Assembly (NCBI RefSeq): GCF_000143415.4
Contig: NW_003314275.1
Coordinates: forward strand, 1,555,955-1,619,954
DNA: 64,000 nucleotides
Direction of reading: 5' to 3'
Source of the DNA: Selaginella moellendorffii
Taxonomy: Eukaryota; Plantae; Lycopodiophyta
Part shown: positions 61,282-64,000 of the stretch, piece by piece
Numbering within the stretch: the first letter of the stretch is position 1
Layout of the letters: each line of letters begins with the position of its first letter
Notes under the pieces: generated by a model
The model's database searches: none
Told to the model about the DNA's origin: nothing
What the model saw: the letters and a program-made list of their open reading frames with translations, nothing else
Program-made: the position numbers and the translations under genes

Positions 61282-61347
61282 ACAATATTTCAAGTACCAG
61301 CTACTGAAGAAATGTCCATAATGTTCATACAGATTCTTATATAAAAT

Positions 61348-63634
61348 TCACCAATCAAAGTATGCTAATAACTCTTCGCAATTTACAAGACATTTATTTT
61401 GACTTGTAAAAGGTAAAAGGTATAACTCAAGAACTCCACAAGAAAAATACAGGAGAACCAGCTGATGTAAAGAAGGGGACCATTTTCTCATGGCCAGCTT
61501 CCCGTCCTCTGTCATGATAAGCACCGTGTCCTCCTCCTTGAACTCGCCCTTCAAAGTCCCTTTAGCCAGCTCGTTGGTCACGTACTGCTGGATCACTCGC
61601 TTCACTGGCCTGGCGCCATAGTTAGGATCATATCCAAGCTTGGCAAACACCTGCACCGCATCACCTGTGATCTTCAAAGAGATCTTGCGGTGTTGAAGTC
61701 TCTTCTCCACGTTTTGCAGCTAGAGAAAAAAAGCCAAAGATCATAAACTGCCTCATCGTATAAACACAACTTACCTGGAGCTTGACGATTTCTTGGATCT
61801 GATCCACGTTCAGGGGCTGGAACACGATGAACTCGTCCACCCTGTTCATGAACTCTGGCCGGAGGGTGGAGCGAGCCACTGTCTCCTTCATCGACTGATA
61901 TGACGCATTCTTGTCGCCCGATGATTTGAGAGCGTCCAGGATGTGCTGCGAGCCGAGGTTGGACGTCATGATCACCACGGTGTTGGTGAAGTTCACCGTC
62001 CGGCCCTGCGAGTCCGTCACGCGGCCATCGTCGAGTATCTGGAGGAAGATGTTGAAGACGTCCGTGTGAGCCTTTTCTATCTCGTCGAAGAGAACCACCG
62101 AGTAAGGCCGCCGGCGGACGCTCTCGGTCAGCTGCCCGCCTTCTTCGTATCCCACGTATCCTGGAGGAGCGCCAGTGAGCCGGGACACGGCGTGCTTCTC
62201 CATGTACTCGCTCATGTCGAATCTCAGCAGCGCTTTGTCCGTGTCGAACAGGTATTCGGCTAGAGCCTTGGCCAGCTCCGTTTTCCCGACTCCGGTCGGC
62301 CCCATGAACATGAAGCTGGCGATAGGACGGTTTGGATCCGCGAGTCCAGCTCTGGAACGGCGTATAGCATCGGCCACGGCTTGCACTGCGGGGTCTTGGC
62401 CGATCAAGCGCTTGTGTAAGTGTTCGTCGAGGTGGAGCAGCTTCTCCATCTCGGACTGGAGCAGCCTTGAGACGGGAATCTTTGTCCACTTGCTGACTAT
62501 CTTAGCACTTTCCAGAGCTGCATCCTTCTCAAGGTACTTGCGATATTCCTTTATTGTCGTGGCACCAATGCACCTCAATTCACCATGGCCAAGCATTGGC
62601 TTCAGCAAGTTTCCAACATCCATCGCTCCCGACGTGGCACCTGTAAAAACAAGTACCGTGCTTGCAGTCGAAAATGCAAAATCCCACACACAAAGTACCT
62701 GCCCGACGACCATGTGGATTTCATCAATGTACCCCTCTGACTCCTTTACTTCTTTTAGAACAGCTTTTAATCGATCTTCAAATTCTCCTTGAAACTTCGC
62801 TCCTGCGATCAAGGCTCCCAAGTCCAATGATATCAGCTGCATTTTTAATGGTAAGGTGTTGCAATAGCACTCGCGTAAAACATACCCAAGTCAGCAGAAG
62901 CCAGTGATTTCCATACCCTTCGGCTATAGCAGTCTTGCCCACACCAGGCTCTCCAATCACGACAGGATTGTTCTTGGTTCGCCGGCACACAAGATTTGAA
63001 TGCACCGTCGAATTTCGTCATCATGACCGATGACCGGATCAAGTTTTCCTTGGCGGGCCATCTCCGTCAAATCCACTCCAAATTTCTCGAGTGCTTCATA
63101 CTTGTTTTCAGGGGCTGGATCGAGAAAACAAACAACGAGACTGTTTAGAATTTTGACAAACAAAACAGCGAACCTTGATCAGTAACCTTCTGTGTCCCTC
63201 GAATGGCAGTGATCGCATCTTTAGTAGCCTTGGCATTGAGATCGAACTGCCCAAACAACTCCTTCCCGATACGAATGTCTTCTGCGAGTGCAAGGACTAA
63301 ATGCTCGATTGACGTATAATTATCTCCAAAGTCCTTCATGTGACCCTTGGCTCGATCGAGCAAACTGTCGAGGCTCTGGCCAAGCATAGCGCCAGATATG
63401 TTTCCCGTCACCTAGAAGAACACGCGCACAATAAGAATATAAAAAAACACTTTTCGCCTTAGGCTGGCGCTCGATGTATCGCTCAGTTGCTTGCAAAAGA
63501 GCTGAGTTATCAATCCCGGCCTCCTCCGTGCAAGACCATTTTTTTGCTCCAGCAAAGCCTTTAGAAGATGCTCGGTTTCTACAACCTGTTGTCTGTTTGA
63601 TTGTGCCAGTTCCACGGCGGAAACCATGGCTTGC
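61348..63634 (-). pseudogene. Organellar ClpB/Hsp100 (ClpB3/4-like) pseudogene: 5'-truncated, frameshifted, middle domain deleted
   Basis: QQVVETEHLLKALLEQKNGLARR followed by a frameshift; [22 protein letters not shown]; YIDEIH missing the preceding ILF; KDAALE joined directly to [13 protein letters not shown]; NBD2 [23 protein letters not shown] intact. Confidence 0.88.
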
Positions 63635-63696
63635 CTTGTTTAGAAAAAGAATCAAGTTTCTCGCTGAATATCATTCTTAACATTACTAATGAAAAT

Positions 63697-63768
63697 GGAG
63701 GTATGGCTCAGCGGTAGAGCAATCGGCTGCAGTTCGATAGGTCACTAGTTCGATCCTGCTTGCCTCCT
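63697..63768 (+). tRNA. tRNA-Cys (GCA) duplicate, probably a pseudogene
   Basis: Three substitutions versus 57133-57204: T stem ACTAG/CTGCT now has a C-C mismatch and a U-G pair, and the anticodon stem gains a G-U. Confidence 0.8.
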
Positions 63769-63951
63769 CTTCCAGTTTGAACTTCCCAAGATTGGCGAGG
63801 TTGGTGGTATTAGCTACAATTTGACAAATCATTTTTTGAAACTCAGCTCTGAATCCATTTGTGTTTCATGCTCTAGAAAGACCCTTCAAGGACCATGTAG
63901 ATAGATCTTCTTCACAAGAAAAGTAAATGGTTGAACACCTTTGCTGTGATC

Positions 63952-64000
63952 CTATGCTTCGTCTTCCTCTTCCAGCACATAAGTTGGCCATTGCGTCCGG
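63952..64000 (-). CDS. 3' end of a second TMEM45/DUF716 copy (runs off the window)
   Basis: Encodes ..PTYVLEEEDEA*, as in the first copy. Confidence 0.7.
   Translation of the reverse strand, partial: RTQWPTYVLEEEDEA

Larger units (their letters stand above)
63643..64000 (+). repeat. Start of a local segmental duplication of ~57088-57440 (tRNA-Cys, spacer, 3' end of TMEM45)
   Basis: aaaagaatcaagttt..cgctg, cattac..taatgaaaatggagg, the tRNA, ggttggtggtattagctacaatttgac, cccttcaaggaccatgtagatagatcttcttcacaagaaaa and the TMEM45 stop region all recur ~6.56 kb downstream. Confidence 0.95.

Overview
Gene-dense eukaryotic nuclear DNA from a land plant with a very compact genome. Most introns are about 45-90 nt, some intergenic gaps are under 130 bp, and GC-rich exons carry CAG/GCT runs. 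These features best fit a lycophyte such as Selaginella, which is an inference and was not checked. About 21 apparently intact protein-coding genes were read by hand: ELF3, a MAKR/BKI1-motif protein, OCTOPUS-like DUF740, a GT14-like/BC10 glycosyltransferase, a PH-domain protein, a PTM-type DDT-PHD protein, RNase H2B, an orphan secreted protein, an ABCG half-transporter, an At1g32220-like Rossmann protein, an SDN exonuclease, TPR-DnaJ, DDR4, SYP1 syntaxin, TMEM18, a SIG5-like sigma factor, beta-expansin, plastid PGI, TMEM45/DUF716, an NPF transporter and a possible small secreted peptide. The window also holds a tRNA-Cys(GCA) and its degenerate duplicate, a Ty3/Gypsy relic, deletion-riddled copies of RNASEH2B, ABCG and ClpB, two AT-rich islands (about 20.6-27.4 kb and 44-47 kb, the second with a 100-N gap) and the start of a local duplication at the right edge. 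The most notable leads are an intact orphan secreted protein inside a decayed island, co-oriented genes only 69-125 bp apart (possible overlapping or polycistronic transcription), a tandemly duplicated micro-exon in RNASEH2B, a polyQ ELF3 with an evening-element promoter, and a head-to-head MAKR-like/OCTOPUS-like pair. No CRISPR or prokaryotic system is present. Family calls rest on remembered motifs, not database searches.
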